Below, one piece after another: positions 1 to 9,470 of a stretch of 64,000 nt of DNA. A program made the position numbers and the translations under genes. The stretch is from Alphaproteobacteria bacterium (GTDB taxonomy: Bacteria > Pseudomonadota > Alphaproteobacteria > MPNO01 > UBA830): contig OZ219791.1 in the NCBI GenBank assembly GCA_964291215.2, positions 2,112,001 through 2,176,000 on the forward strand, given 5' to 3'. Below the pieces are notes generated by a model. That model had not been told where the DNA came from. It made no database searches and saw only the letters and a program-made list of their open reading frames with translations. The first letter of the stretch is position 1; the number at the start of each line of letters is the position of its first letter.

Positions 1-1
1 T

Positions 2-2395
2 GCCGCGAGAGAGCCGATCGAACCGGACCTCTCGCATCCCGCGATGGCGGTCAATCTCGATGCCTGCATAAACTGCACATTGTGCGTCCGCGCATGCCGC
101 GAGGTGCAGGTCAACGACGTCATTGGAATGGCCCGCCGCGGCGCGGAGGCGCAGATCGTCTTCGATTTTGACGATCCGATGGCGGCGAGCAGCTGCGTCG
201 GCTGCGGCGAATGTGTCCAGGCCTGCCCCACGGGGGCGCTGCTGCCAGCCGCGGTGGCGTCCACGGAAGGACGTGTCACCGCCGACCGGTCGGTCGAATC
301 GCTGTGCCCGTATTGCGGTGTCGGCTGCCAGTTGACCCTTCATGTGAAGGATGACCGGCTGCTCTTTGTCGACGGCAGGAACGGCCCGTCAAACCGCAAC
401 AGGCTCTGCGTCAAGGGCCGGTTCGGTTTTGACTACATCCATCATCCGGACAGGCTGGTCACGCCGCTGATACGGCGCACCGGCGTGCCGAAGGATCTCC
501 AACTGCCGGTCGGTCCGGACAAAGTGTCGGACGTGTTTCGCGAAGCGAGTTGGGAGGAAGCACTCGATGCGGCCGCCGCCGGCCTGCAGAAGGTGATCGC
601 AGAGCGCGGCGGGTCGGCGCTTGCCGGTTTTGGCTCCGCCAAGGGATCCAACGAGGAGGCCTACCTTTTCCAGAAGCTGGTGCGCACCGGTTTCGGCACC
701 AATAACGTCGACCACTGCACGCGGCTCTGCCATGCGTCGTCGGTGGCCGCCCTGATGGAAACCGTGAATTCCGGCGCCGTGTCCGTACCCTTCGGCGAGT
801 GCGAAAATGCCGAGGTGATCATCGTCATCGGGGCCAATCCCGCTGCGAACCACCCGGTGGCGGCGACCTTCTTCAAGAATGCTGTCAGGAAGGGTTCGAC
901 GCTGATCGTCATTGACCCGCAGGGCCAGTCGCTGGCGAGGCACGCGGCCCATGTGCTCGCCTTCAAGCCCGGCACCGACGTCGCGCTTCTCAACGCGATG
1001 CTGCACACGGTCATGGACGAGGATCTGGTCAACCGTGAATTCGTCGATCGCTACACGGAAGGCTTTGCCGCTCTTGAAACTCAGGTGAAGGCATTTCCGC
1101 CGGAGAAAATCGCGGATCTTGTCGGGATCGACGCGACGGAGATTCGGCACGTCGCACGCCTCTACGCGACCGCCCGGAGCAGCATTGTTTTCTGGGGTAT
1201 GGGCATCTCCCAGCATGTTCACGGCACCGACAATGCGCGTTGCCTGATATCGCTCGCGCTGCTGACCGGACAGATCGGCCGTCCCGGGACCGGGCTTCAT
1301 CCGCTTCGCGGGCAGAACAACGTGCAGGGTGCATCGGATGCCGGCCTCATTCCCATGGTCTATCCAGACTACCAGGCCGTCGATGACGACGCGACACGGG
1401 CCGAGTTCGAGAGGCTGTGGCGGTCGGAACTGAGACCGGAGCCCGGCCTCACGGTGGTCGAGATCATGAATGCTATACGCGGCGGCGAGATCCGAGCCAT
1501 GTACGTCATGGGCGAGAATCCGGCGATGTCGGATCCCGACCTCCACCATGCGCGCGCAGCGCTGGCATCGCTTGAACATCTCGTCGTGCAGGACCTGTTC
1601 CTGACCGAGACCGCGGCCTATGCCGATGTCGTCCTGCCCGCCAGCGGGTTTCCCGAGAAGGACGGTAGCTTCACCAATACCAACCGCCAGGTCCAGATCG
1701 GCCGCAAGGCACTGCCGCTGCCGGGCGAAGCGCGCCAGGACCTGTGGATCATCCAGGAGTTGGCTCGCCGCCTCGGGCTTGACTGGACTTATGGCGGTCC
1801 GTCCGACGTGTTTGAGGAAATGAGGCAATGCATGCCGTCCATCCGGGGGATATCGTGGGAACGGCTGGTACGCGAGGACTCCGTGACCTATCCCGTTGAG
1901 CGCGAGGACCAGCCTGGGCAGGAGATCATCTTCACGGACGGGTTTCCGACCGCGAGCGGGCGCGGTCGGTTCGTGCCGGCAGAGCTGACCCAGCCGGATG
2001 AGATCCCCGATGACGACTATCCTCTCATATTGACGACCGGGCGGTTGCTCGAACACTGGCACACCGGTGCAATGACCCGCCGTTCGCAGGTGCTTGACCG
2101 CATTGAGCCGGAAGCGACGGCGGCCCTCGCGCCGGCTGAACTTGCCGAACACGGACTGCAGGTCGGCGATCCGGTCTGCGTCGAGACGCGGCGCGGCGCC
2201 ATCGAGCTCAAGGTGCGGGCCGACGGGAACGTTCCTAAAGGGATGGTTTTCATACCGTTCTGCTATGTCGAGGCTGCCGCCAACCTGCTTACCAACCCGG
2301 CTCTGGATCCGGTCGGCAAGATCCCGGAGTTCAAGTATTGCGCCGCGCGCCTCACCGCAGCCGGAACAGGAAAGGTAACTGCGCGTCCCTGCTGA
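2..2395 (+). CDS. Formate dehydrogenase alpha subunit (molybdopterin, FdhF/FdsA-like); 5' end outside window; C-terminal tail altered by insertion at 2375
   Basis: Ferredoxin motifs CINCTLC and CVGCGEC, Fe-S motif CPYCGVGC...C, active-site CTRLCH, LRGQNNVQG, C-terminal GKIPEFK. Frame is open to the window edge. Confidence 0.93.
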   Translation, partial: AAREPIEPDLSHPAMAVNLDACINCTLCVRACREVQVNDVIGMARRGAEAQIVFDFDDPMAASSCVGCGECVQACPTGALLPAAVASTEGRVTADRSVESLCPYCGVGCQLTLHVKDDRLLFVDGRNGPSNRNRLCVKGRFGFDYIHHPDRLVTPLIRRTGVPKDLQLPVGPDKVSDVFREASWEEALDAAAAGLQKVIAERGGSALAGFGSAKGSNEEAYLFQKLVRTGFGTNNVDHCTRLCHASSVAALMETVNSGAVSVPFGECENAEVIIVIGANPAANHPVAATFFKNAVRKGSTLIVIDPQGQSLARHAAHVLAFKPGTDVALLNAMLHTVMDEDLVNREFVDRYTEGFAALETQVKAFPPEKIADLVGIDATEIRHVARLYATARSSIVFWGMGISQHVHGTDNARCLISLALLTGQIGRPGTGLHPLRGQNNVQGASDAGLIPMVYPDYQAVDDDATRAEFERLWRSELRPEPGLTVVEIMNAIRGGEIRAMYVMGENPAMSDPDLHHARAALASLEHLVVQDLFLTETAAYADVVLPASGFPEKDGSFTNTNRQVQIGRKALPLPGEARQDLWIIQELARRLGLDWTYGGPSDVFEEMRQCMPSIRGISWERLVREDSVTYPVEREDQPGQEIIFTDGFPTASGRGRFVPAELTQPDEIPDDDYPLILTTGRLLEHWHTGAMTRRSQVLDRIEPEATAALAPAELAEHGLQVGDPVCVETRRGAIELKVRADGNVPKGMVFIPFCYVEAAANLLTNPALDPVGKIPEFKYCAARLTAAGTGKVTARPC

Positions 2396-3228
2396 TCATT
2401 GATCGTTTGTGTCTGCTCGCGCGCCTCTGGACCGAGCTCCAGCCACGCCTAGACCGCCTTCTCCGCCAGTTCCTCGCAAGGCGCCTCGTGCACGCTGCCG
2501 CCCCGCAGTTCCACCGCTTCGACTGGATCGCCCGCACCACCGCGTTCACTGCCTTGCGCAGGTCCTGATTACGTTGTCGGCGGATGTCGTTCATGACCGC
2601 CGTCGTCATCCCCGCCTGCTGCAACAGCCGGAAGGGCTCACCCGCCTTCACCGCGCAAAGCTGGCCTTGGTCGCCCACCAGCACCCCGCCCCAGCCTGCC
2701 CCGGGCTTGATCCCATATGAGGCGTGTGCGCTGTTGTGCCCATATCCCTGTCACGCGCGGGCGCCTAGTCGCGGGATCGTAGCCCCGCGTCTGCAACATC
2801 GTCTCCTCGATCCAGTCGAGCGCCGCTCGCACCGCCTTGTCGTGGCAGCGCAGCACCGACCGGTCGCCGCGCGGATGCCTCTCCGTCGGCAGCGCCGCCA
2901 GCACCACCGACTTCGGTGCCGAAAACGTGATGTCGAAACCCGGGCAGTGCTCGTGCCTGCCCTCCCGCCTGCGCCACGGACGGATGTCCGTCCCGCGAAC
3001 ATGGCCCTGCAGGCGCCTCCCGAACGCGCCTGCCGCAACCTTCGACCCGGCTTGAGTTCCACCGCAGCCGCCGCCTGTCCGTGCCATGCGCTCGCCTGGC
3101 GGTGCTCCTCCGCCTTCGCGCGCACCGCCTCACGGTCGCCGCCGGCCGTCACATGGTCGCCGCCCTCCTTGAGGAAAGTACGCCGCCGTCGATGATGACG
3201 ACGTCAGATTGCGGACACGCGCGACCAT
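2385..3228 (-). pseudogene. MobF (TrwC/TraI-like) relaxase-helicase remnant with large internal deletion
   Basis: N-terminus MVARVRNLTSSSSTAAYF, WHGQAA, PGFDITFSAPKSV, HDKAVRAALDWIE, joined directly to helicase motifs LVGDQGQL..V.AGEPFRLLQQAGM and DIRRQRN. Frameshifts and stops present. Confidence 0.88.
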
Positions 3229-3481
3229 GGACCGGTATCATATGGAGATTCCACGAAACCGGAGAGGACCGGATCGGGGCCCGACGGGCACGGTCATCGG
3301 CCACCGCAGGATGGCCGGGTCGTCCGAATCCCCCATGACGGGACGCCGGTAAAACCCCTGAGCGTTTCCCGATCGCGAGGAGAGCGGACGCTTGCGGCGG
3401 CTGCCGGGGTAGGTTAGCGTTTCGGCTTGAGATGCCTTCATGCCCTGCTATGGAGGCCCGTACTACTTAGGGGAGAGCGCG

Positions 3482-4300
3482 ATGACCCAAGATATTTCCC
3501 GGACCGGCGCCGCCGGCGACGACACGCTGACGGGCGGGTGCGCCAGGTTAACTGGCAGGATGTCGCCGGGTGAAAGTCCCGGCAGGAAGAGAGGCTAACC
3601 ACCACTTCCGCCGTGAACCATGCGTCGGACATCGCGAGGCGAAGCGTTGGGGAGCGGCAGGCGCGGGCCGGGCTATTGGGCCAGGAGATGTAGTGAAACC
3701 GGAGTGCCGAGGTTGTCCACAAGGCCGAAGGCAACACCCTGCGGGCCGAGATGGTGAGGCGAGCGGGGGGCTCCGCGGGGTCTGAGAACCATGGCACACG
3801 CTGAAAGTCTACCGGGACGTGGGAGGTCTTTCAAACGCCCCACTGTCGTAGAGCAGCCGCAGAGAAAAGGGACTATTCCGTAACCCGATGATGAATGATT
3901 TGAAGAAGTCAGATTCGGCCATGGTACCGTCGAAGGCGGCGAACAAGGGTTCTTCGGAGCCTGCGGAGTTGCTGGAGGGAAGGCCAATGCAGTTGGCCAA
4001 GGCCCGCGCCGCGCGCAGAAGCGGGAAAGCGGGTTACAGGTGGTCGAGCGCATACGACAGATCAGCGTCTTGTCGTCAGGACCTGAGGGAGGAGCCAGAT
4101 GCGAACAGCGCCCGTCCGGATCTGTGCGGGGGACCGGGGAAACCCGGTTCCCTACCGCGATAACTGCAAGCTCGGTAGCCGATGTGGACTTTCTCGCCAT
4201 GAATCCCGGCAGTTCGGACGATGACACGCTGGAGGCCCGTGATCTCGCCCCTGCGGCAGCCGGACAACAACATCACCGCGGGCGGCGGCGTGGTTCATGA
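3482..4300 (+). pseudogene. RTX/hemolysin-type Ca-binding repeat ORF remnant interrupted by a group II intron
   Basis: RBS GGGGAG then ATG 3482. Exon 1 MTQDISRTGAAGDDTLTG-G joins in frame to TASSVADVDFLAMNPGSSDDDTLEA after intron removal. Confidence 0.6.
3538..4161 (+). mobile_element. Group II intron, ORF-less (IEP internally deleted), class E-like
   Basis: 5' GTGCG; 3' domains V/VI GAGCCAGATGCG...GTCCGGATCTGTGCGGGGG...CCCTACCGCGAT; IEP N-terminal stub MMNDLKKSDSAMVP; collinear with the copy at 25350-26999. Confidence 0.9.
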
Positions 4301-4560
4301 TTTGCCGCAAGGTGTCGAGGACGCGGTTGGCGCCGCCCCGGCATCCGACCTCCGCGCAATCGCCACGCCGTCTGATCGCAGAATGTGTTACACATCGAGC
4401 CCTCCGATGCCTCTCTCACGCCTCTGTCCGAGCCCCGCGCGACATTCCTCTCTTCTAACCCAATGTCCCGCCGAGGCTCGAGCAATATGCCTTTTGCTCG
4501 AGACCTGTCTAGCTGCGTTCTGGTTGTCCTATCCCTGTATTGCTATCTAGGAGCAACACG

Positions 4561-5256
4561 ATGGTCGATCGCCTCATCAGGAAATGCGACTTTGGTATAG
4601 AAGCGGAATTTGCCAAGTCTGCCTTCAATCTCCAGCGCGCTGACTCCGATCTGCATACCACGGTCGTCTCTGCTTTCGCCCCTTTCTGCCGGATTCGTGC
4701 TGACGATATCCGGATTGAGACTGACACGTTGCCTCTCAGCAATGCCAATGTCGTCTATGACCTAGCTGGCTTGGGGGGGTTCGCTCGACTCAATCTCGAC
4801 AAGGCCTTCATTGTATTTTTCAATCCTCATGTCGGTGATGCCACATCCATTACCTCTTTGTCGGAAACCTGCTTGGAGGCAGTTGGGGCCTTCTTGTCAG
4901 CTGTTGAATCCGTAATCCCTGACTGTGCATACGGATCTTTTCAGGTACAATTCATGTGTCACTACGAGCTTATCGACTCGTCCCCAGCGGATCATATTCG
5001 TCAATACGTGTCTCCCCTACAGGACGATACCAATCGGGTCATAGGAAGTGCTGTCACCTATCACCTGGGACCTAAGGGCCCGCAGACCGACGCCTCCATA
5101 GTGCTGGATTTATCCGGTGAATATTCAGATTGTGTTTTCGCAAGAATATCGATTACCTTTGATGCGTCAGGAATATCCTTGGAGGAAATGTTGGGATCTG
5201 TATTTCAACACTGCCGTCGTCTTCTTGCTCTCGTAGGATTGGAATCCAACGAATGA
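4561..5256 (+). CDS. Uncharacterised alpha/beta protein (loosely TIGR04255-like), first gene of a 3-gene operon
   Basis: RBS AGGAG then ATG 4561; intact 231 aa; ATGA overlap with the next gene; visibly lower GC than the backbone. Confidence 0.75.
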   Translation: MVDRLIRKCDFGIEAEFAKSAFNLQRADSDLHTTVVSAFAPFCRIRADDIRIETDTLPLSNANVVYDLAGLGGFARLNLDKAFIVFFNPHVGDATSITSLSETCLEAVGAFLSAVESVIPDCAYGSFQVQFMCHYELIDSSPADHIRQYVSPLQDDTNRVIGSAVTYHLGPKGPQTDASIVLDLSGEYSDCVFARISITFDASGISLEEMLGSVFQHCRRLLALVGLESNE

Positions 5257-6065
5257 TGAGAGATTTTTCTTCGTTCTACCAGGCGAACCCCCAACGATCC
5301 GGTGCGAGACGGTCTATCCCGATCTCGCGTGACCGACATCGTTACCCAGACATATTCGTATCCAATACAAACGTCTCGGACAATTTGCCCAGGAATTGGG
5401 ATTTTTTCTTTGAACACCTTGCACCTGTTTATCGCAAAGGGCCTTCACTTTATTACTATTACGAAAGACCTGAGATTCGCCAACAAGCGCCAAGTGAGAA
5501 TTTGTCCCAGGCACTGAGGGGAGAGGCTCTCACGGTCAATTTGACTAACTTGAGAGAACTGGCAGACGTTTTCACGCTGCGGCAACGTCTTGTGGTTGGC
5601 GGTTTCACAGTTCCGGTTGATCTGGTTTCGAGACAGGTTGCTTCTTGTACGCAGGGCCCGGCACGATCTGTCATGGAGCGCCCAGTCGGCGCCACTACTC
5701 TCCCAGTAGTGGTATTGGAGAAGGCTAAAATGCTCCTTGGGGAGAATAACGTTCAAGAGGCTGTTTGCGTCCTCCGATCGGGAGTTGAGCAGTTTCCGGA
5801 TGATTTGAGAATAGCTGACCTACTGCGGATCATTTCGCCCCAAGGCAGGCCTAGGAAGGTCAACATGGTTATCAAGAGTTGCCAGGAGGAAACGTCCTGG
5901 ATCAAAACGCATGGTAGAAAATACAGAGGCAAGTGGATCGCATTAGATGGTAGTGAATTAGTTTCTTTCTCCGATACGCTCAGGCAGTTGCTGGAGAACG
6001 TAGATCGCAAATCGGAAGAAGAGGGAATGCCGTTGATTCAGTATGTAGAGTCGGGGGCTGGCTAG
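5253..6065 (+). CDS. Protein with TPR-like helical hairpin and C-terminal DUF5678-like domain
   Basis: Helical pair LEKAKMLLGENNVQEAVCVLRSGVEQFPDD; WIKTHGRKYRGKWIALDGSELVSFSDTLRQLL resembles the DUF5678 Y.GKWVA motif. Confidence 0.75.
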   Translation: MMRDFSSFYQANPQRSGARRSIPISRDRHRYPDIFVSNTNVSDNLPRNWDFFFEHLAPVYRKGPSLYYYYERPEIRQQAPSENLSQALRGEALTVNLTNLRELADVFTLRQRLVVGGFTVPVDLVSRQVASCTQGPARSVMERPVGATTLPVVVLEKAKMLLGENNVQEAVCVLRSGVEQFPDDLRIADLLRIISPQGRPRKVNMVIKSCQEETSWIKTHGRKYRGKWIALDGSELVSFSDTLRQLLENVDRKSEEEGMPLIQYVESGAG

Positions 6066-6067
6066 GT

Positions 6068-6505
6068 ATGCTGGAGCTGGATGGCGAGCCATTTGTATGT
6101 GGTGTATCCGGGTACTTTGAGGAAGACCCGACGTTAGCCTCAGGGCAAACGTCAGTTTACGTGAGCGTACTACTTCATGGAGACCGGGATATTCGAACCT
6201 TGGCCCGAGTCGATCCGGCCACCCCGTGGGTGGTCCTTAACTCGGAGATCAACGAACAAATAGGTCTCAAAGGAAGTTCGGAGACAGTGACCCTGCACAC
6301 CGTGGCAGGAGTTAAGGGGGGCAGCCTGGAAAGATGTCGGATTACCCTTGTGGCTGAGCGGGGGTGTGGTCTGGAGGTGGATGCAACGGTGTTTGTTTGC
6401 GATGACTGGACGCGAGGCAATTTCTTGGGTTACTCGGGACTGCTGTCCCGAATTCGGTTTGCGTTGGACCCGCAGGATCTCAAGTTTTATTTCGGTCTTG
6501 CTTGA
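6068..6505 (+). CDS. Retropepsin-like (clan AA aspartyl protease fold) protein
   Basis: 145 aa; LARVDPATPWVVL at the usual DTG position; NFLGYSGLLSRIRFALDP..FYFG C-terminus typical of single-domain clan AA proteins. Confidence 0.7.
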   Translation: MLELDGEPFVCGVSGYFEEDPTLASGQTSVYVSVLLHGDRDIRTLARVDPATPWVVLNSEINEQIGLKGSSETVTLHTVAGVKGGSLERCRITLVAERGCGLEVDATVFVCDDWTRGNFLGYSGLLSRIRFALDPQDLKFYFGLA

Positions 6506-6654
6506 TGGAAGTGCCGGGAGGGTGGGGGCTCCGGCTACCGGAGGTCGGTCCAACGCAGGGGCCGCGCGGTTACCCCTGTTGTGACGCGAGGTTTTGGTGG
6601 TTATCTCCAGCACGCGGTGCGCCGGTCTCCATGGGCGCATGACGCAGGATCGAA

Positions 6655-7747
6655 GTAAGGACTCTCGCCATAATGAATTGATCATTGTGTCCGTGGTGTG
6701 AGGGTGTAGTTCCACTCGCCGTGGAACGGGTCTCTGCGGATGGCGAGGCCGTCCATCTGATCGTCGCTGACCTTGACCCCGAGCGGATAGCTGTTCTCGT
6801 CGAGGTCCGAGCGTATGGTGAGGCCGGTGGTGGTCGCGGCGATCAGCTTGACGATCACCTGGTAGCTGACGAGGGGCCGGCCGCGCCAGTTCTGGGTGAT
6901 ATGGCAGAACATCCGGTGCTCAATCTTGTTCTACTTTCCGGGCGGGAAGTGGGCTACCGACACCTTCAACCCGAGTTCGTCGGCGAGGTGCTGCAGCTTC
7001 CACAGCCGGTTGCGGCTGCTGCCGTCGGCGGTGATCAGCAGGCATCGGGACAGACCAGCCGGCCCATCTGCCGCCACCAGGGGCGCAGGGTCTCGACCGC
7101 GAATGCCGCCGTGTCGTGCCCGACGCTGACCCAGCCGGCATTGGCGGTGAGATCGTAGACCCCGCAGGGGATCCGAGCTCCGGATCGGGGAAGTCAGCAC
7201 GTTGACGGCTTCAGGGTCGCCCTTGGGCCGCCATTCCCGGCCGCCATTGCGGTACTGGATTTCCTTCTTCTTGGTGTCACCACAGGCTGGCCCAGCCTCC
7301 GGACCGCGCGCACCCGGCGCGTCGGAACTGCGCATCCCGGGCTGGCGACCTTCCAGCGTCTTGCGGTTGGCCTGAAGGCTGTACCCCGGATCGTGGAGCA
7401 GCCGGTTCACCGTGCGCTCGCTGACGCCCTCGACCGCAAGACGGTCCGCCAGCGGCACTGTGACACCGCAGCGGACTCTCCGGATCGCCGCGCGTCATCG
7501 GTTCAAGCTCGCGCGCCGCCACCAACCCTGGATCCGTTGCGCCCGCCGCCGGGGCGACGCAAACGTCCTGAAGGAATCTCACTCGAAGACTCCGCATCAA
7601 GCTCCTCCGGCGCGAACGGTGCCCATCCCCGTCGCCTCGACCACTCGCCCGATGGCACGGGCCTCCGTCGCCGCCCAAAGGCGCCGCGCGCGTTCGTCCG
7701 GAACCGGACGCAACACCACAAACTTGGATCGCAGGATTACGCAACCT
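6655..7747 (-). mobile_element. ISAzo13-family transposase pseudogene
   Basis: DERARRLWAATEARAIG, GYSLQANRKTLEG, DTKKKE, LLITADG, HITQNWRGRPL, FHGEWNYT, spread over several frames. Confidence 0.9.
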
Positions 7748-8958
7748 GATGTCTGGAAATTGTCGTGAAGCTCTCAGTCATCGAGCTGTTCCCATTTGAT
7801 CTTGGTTTCGGTTTCCCATTTTTCGTCGATGAGGACCGCGGTTGAGAGGCGCTCCAACGAGGCGAGGTTCGGAAAGACCCTGACTTTGGAGGTGCGCCGC
7901 TTGAGCTCTTGCTGGATCGGTCGCTCGATGCCATTCGAGGTTCGCATGCGCTTGTGGTGAGCATCGGGCAAGGTGAAGACAGCGAGCCCCGCATTGTTTT
8001 CCAGCCAGGAAGCCTGGATGCTTGTCGCGATAGCTGGCCACGAGGGCGCCCGGTTCAGCCTCGGCGGTTTGGAGTGAGGAGGCGTGGCTCTGAGCTGTTT
8101 TCCAATACGTTTCCTGATGTCGTTGTCCGGTGCACGGCGTTTTGTGCCAAGTGGAACTGGCAGCGCTGCCATGTCGCCGCGCCCAGCACCGCGCGTCGTG
8201 CCGCTTTCAGCCCGGCATCCGAGACGATGAAGGTCGTACCATGCAGGGCTAGCAAGCTTTCCAGGAAGGCTCTCCAATGGACCTCGGCCTCGGAGAGCGC
8301 CACAGAGAGTCTCAGAACGTGCCTGCAGCCCCTATTCCGATGGCCGAGAGCACTGCAACATCGCGCACAACGCCGTCATGGCGGGCTTTTTCATAGCGCG
8401 CATCCAGGTATTTCATCAGGGGCCGGTTGCGCGGCGAGTTCTTCATCGAGCAACCTGGTGGCCCCCTGAGAAGAGGACAGGCTCCCGAACTCGCGCATTA
8501 CATCTTGCCGCGTGGAAACACCCTTGATGCACATCTCGGCTACGGCGCGAGAAGATCGCTGGCCGCGTTCAAGCGACTGGGGGGTCGTCCCCGTGACCGG
8601 CCGTCTTTGGCACCTGAACGGTAACAGTGGGGGTGTCGATCCGCTTGTAGCCGTTGGCATAGCCCTGTCGCTCCGGCGTCCGGTGGCCCGCTTTCAAGTG
8701 CTGCTCGCGCTCGATTTGCATCGCAAGCTCGAAGAGCTGACCAAAGATCCGCCCCAGATCCGTTGCTCCGTTTGCGATCAGATGTTCCAAAACGGCCTCA
8801 ATCGTCGTAGTGTGTCGCAGGTCCATTCGCTTCCTCCATGAAGGTTTTACAACTCCATGGGATAGTACGATGGCGCTGCGTTTCACTGGGGGGCTAGCCC
8901 CCCCCCCCCCCCAGTGAAACGCCTCAAAGCGCAAACCCCAGACAAATTTCCAGACATC
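7748..8958 (-). mobile_element. IS256-family element with degraded transposase (ATG 8826)
   Basis: Terminal IRs GATGTCTGGAAATT (7748) and AATTTCCAGACATC (8958). Motifs RQGYANGYK, KGVSTR, WQRCQFHLAQN, MRTSNGIER..QQELKRRT..VRVFPN. No target duplication seen. Confidence 0.92.
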
Positions 8959-9054
8959 AAGTTACAGTACCGATGTCCCCCTGACCTCGTGAGTTGACTT
9001 GATCCGTCCGGCTCCCCTTTTTTCCAGCACAATCAACGATTTTCTCGGTTTTGC

Positions 9055-9083
9055 TTGACAACGTAGCCGCGCGATGATACGAT
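9055..9083 (+). promoter_or_regulatory. Near-consensus sigma70 promoter
   Basis: TTGACA, 17 bp spacer, TACGAT, with a TGn extended -10. Confidence 0.55.
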
Positions 9084-9183
9084 ATACCATGATGCCTAGA
9101 ATTGGATGGCCTAGGTCATGAACACGCTCGCGATGCACCCTCTTGAAGCCGTCCAGATCGGAACCTCAAAGAAACCTGCAGGC

Positions 9184-9228
9184 GGCGTGAGCCGCGCGAC
9201 CGTGCAGCGGGCGGTGAATAAGCTCCGG
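9184..9228 (+). pseudogene. Helix-turn-helix gene fragment
   Basis: Translates GVSRATVQRAVNKLR (wHTH recognition helix); no full-length ORF around it. Confidence 0.45.
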
Positions 9229-9340
9229 AACCGGCCTCCGCATGATCTATGAACCGTCAGACAACGCACGCAAACTCGGCCCAGAAGCATCACTCTGATT
9301 GGAAGAAATCAAAGCCGAGGTCAGGGCGTCTGAACTCGGG

Positions 9341-9399
9341 GAAAACCCGTTCGTTGCTCTACCCCGACGTCAAGCCGGAACCAGGGGGTGAGCAGTTGC
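9341..9399. repeat. IS66 terminal segment, 59 bp, near-identical to 28180-28238
   Basis: GAAAACCCGTTCGTTGCTCTACCCCGAC(G/A)TCAAGCCGGAACCAGGGGGTGAGCAGTT(G/A)C at both sites. Confidence 0.93.
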
Positions 9400-9470
9400 C
9401 AGGAAAGAAGGGATCCGGCGAGCCGTCGCAGGCTTCCGCCGACTGACGCCGGGAGATGCGTTGTCGGCGA

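Larger units (their letters stand above)
2375..9399. mobile_element. IS66-end-bounded cargo element (about 7.0 kb) inserted in the 3' end of fdh
   Basis: Starts GTAACTGC (2375) and ends GGGGGTGAGCAGTTGC (9399). Flanked by identical 8-mers CAGGAAAG at 2367-2374 and 9400-9407. Removal restores the fdh tail GTGKKGSGEPSQASAD* (stop 9444-9446). Confidence 0.85.

Noticed and set aside
8877-8921. Hairpin with a long C-run as a terminator or phase-variable tract
   Set aside because: It lies inside the IS256 leader, and homopolymer length cannot be trusted without reads.
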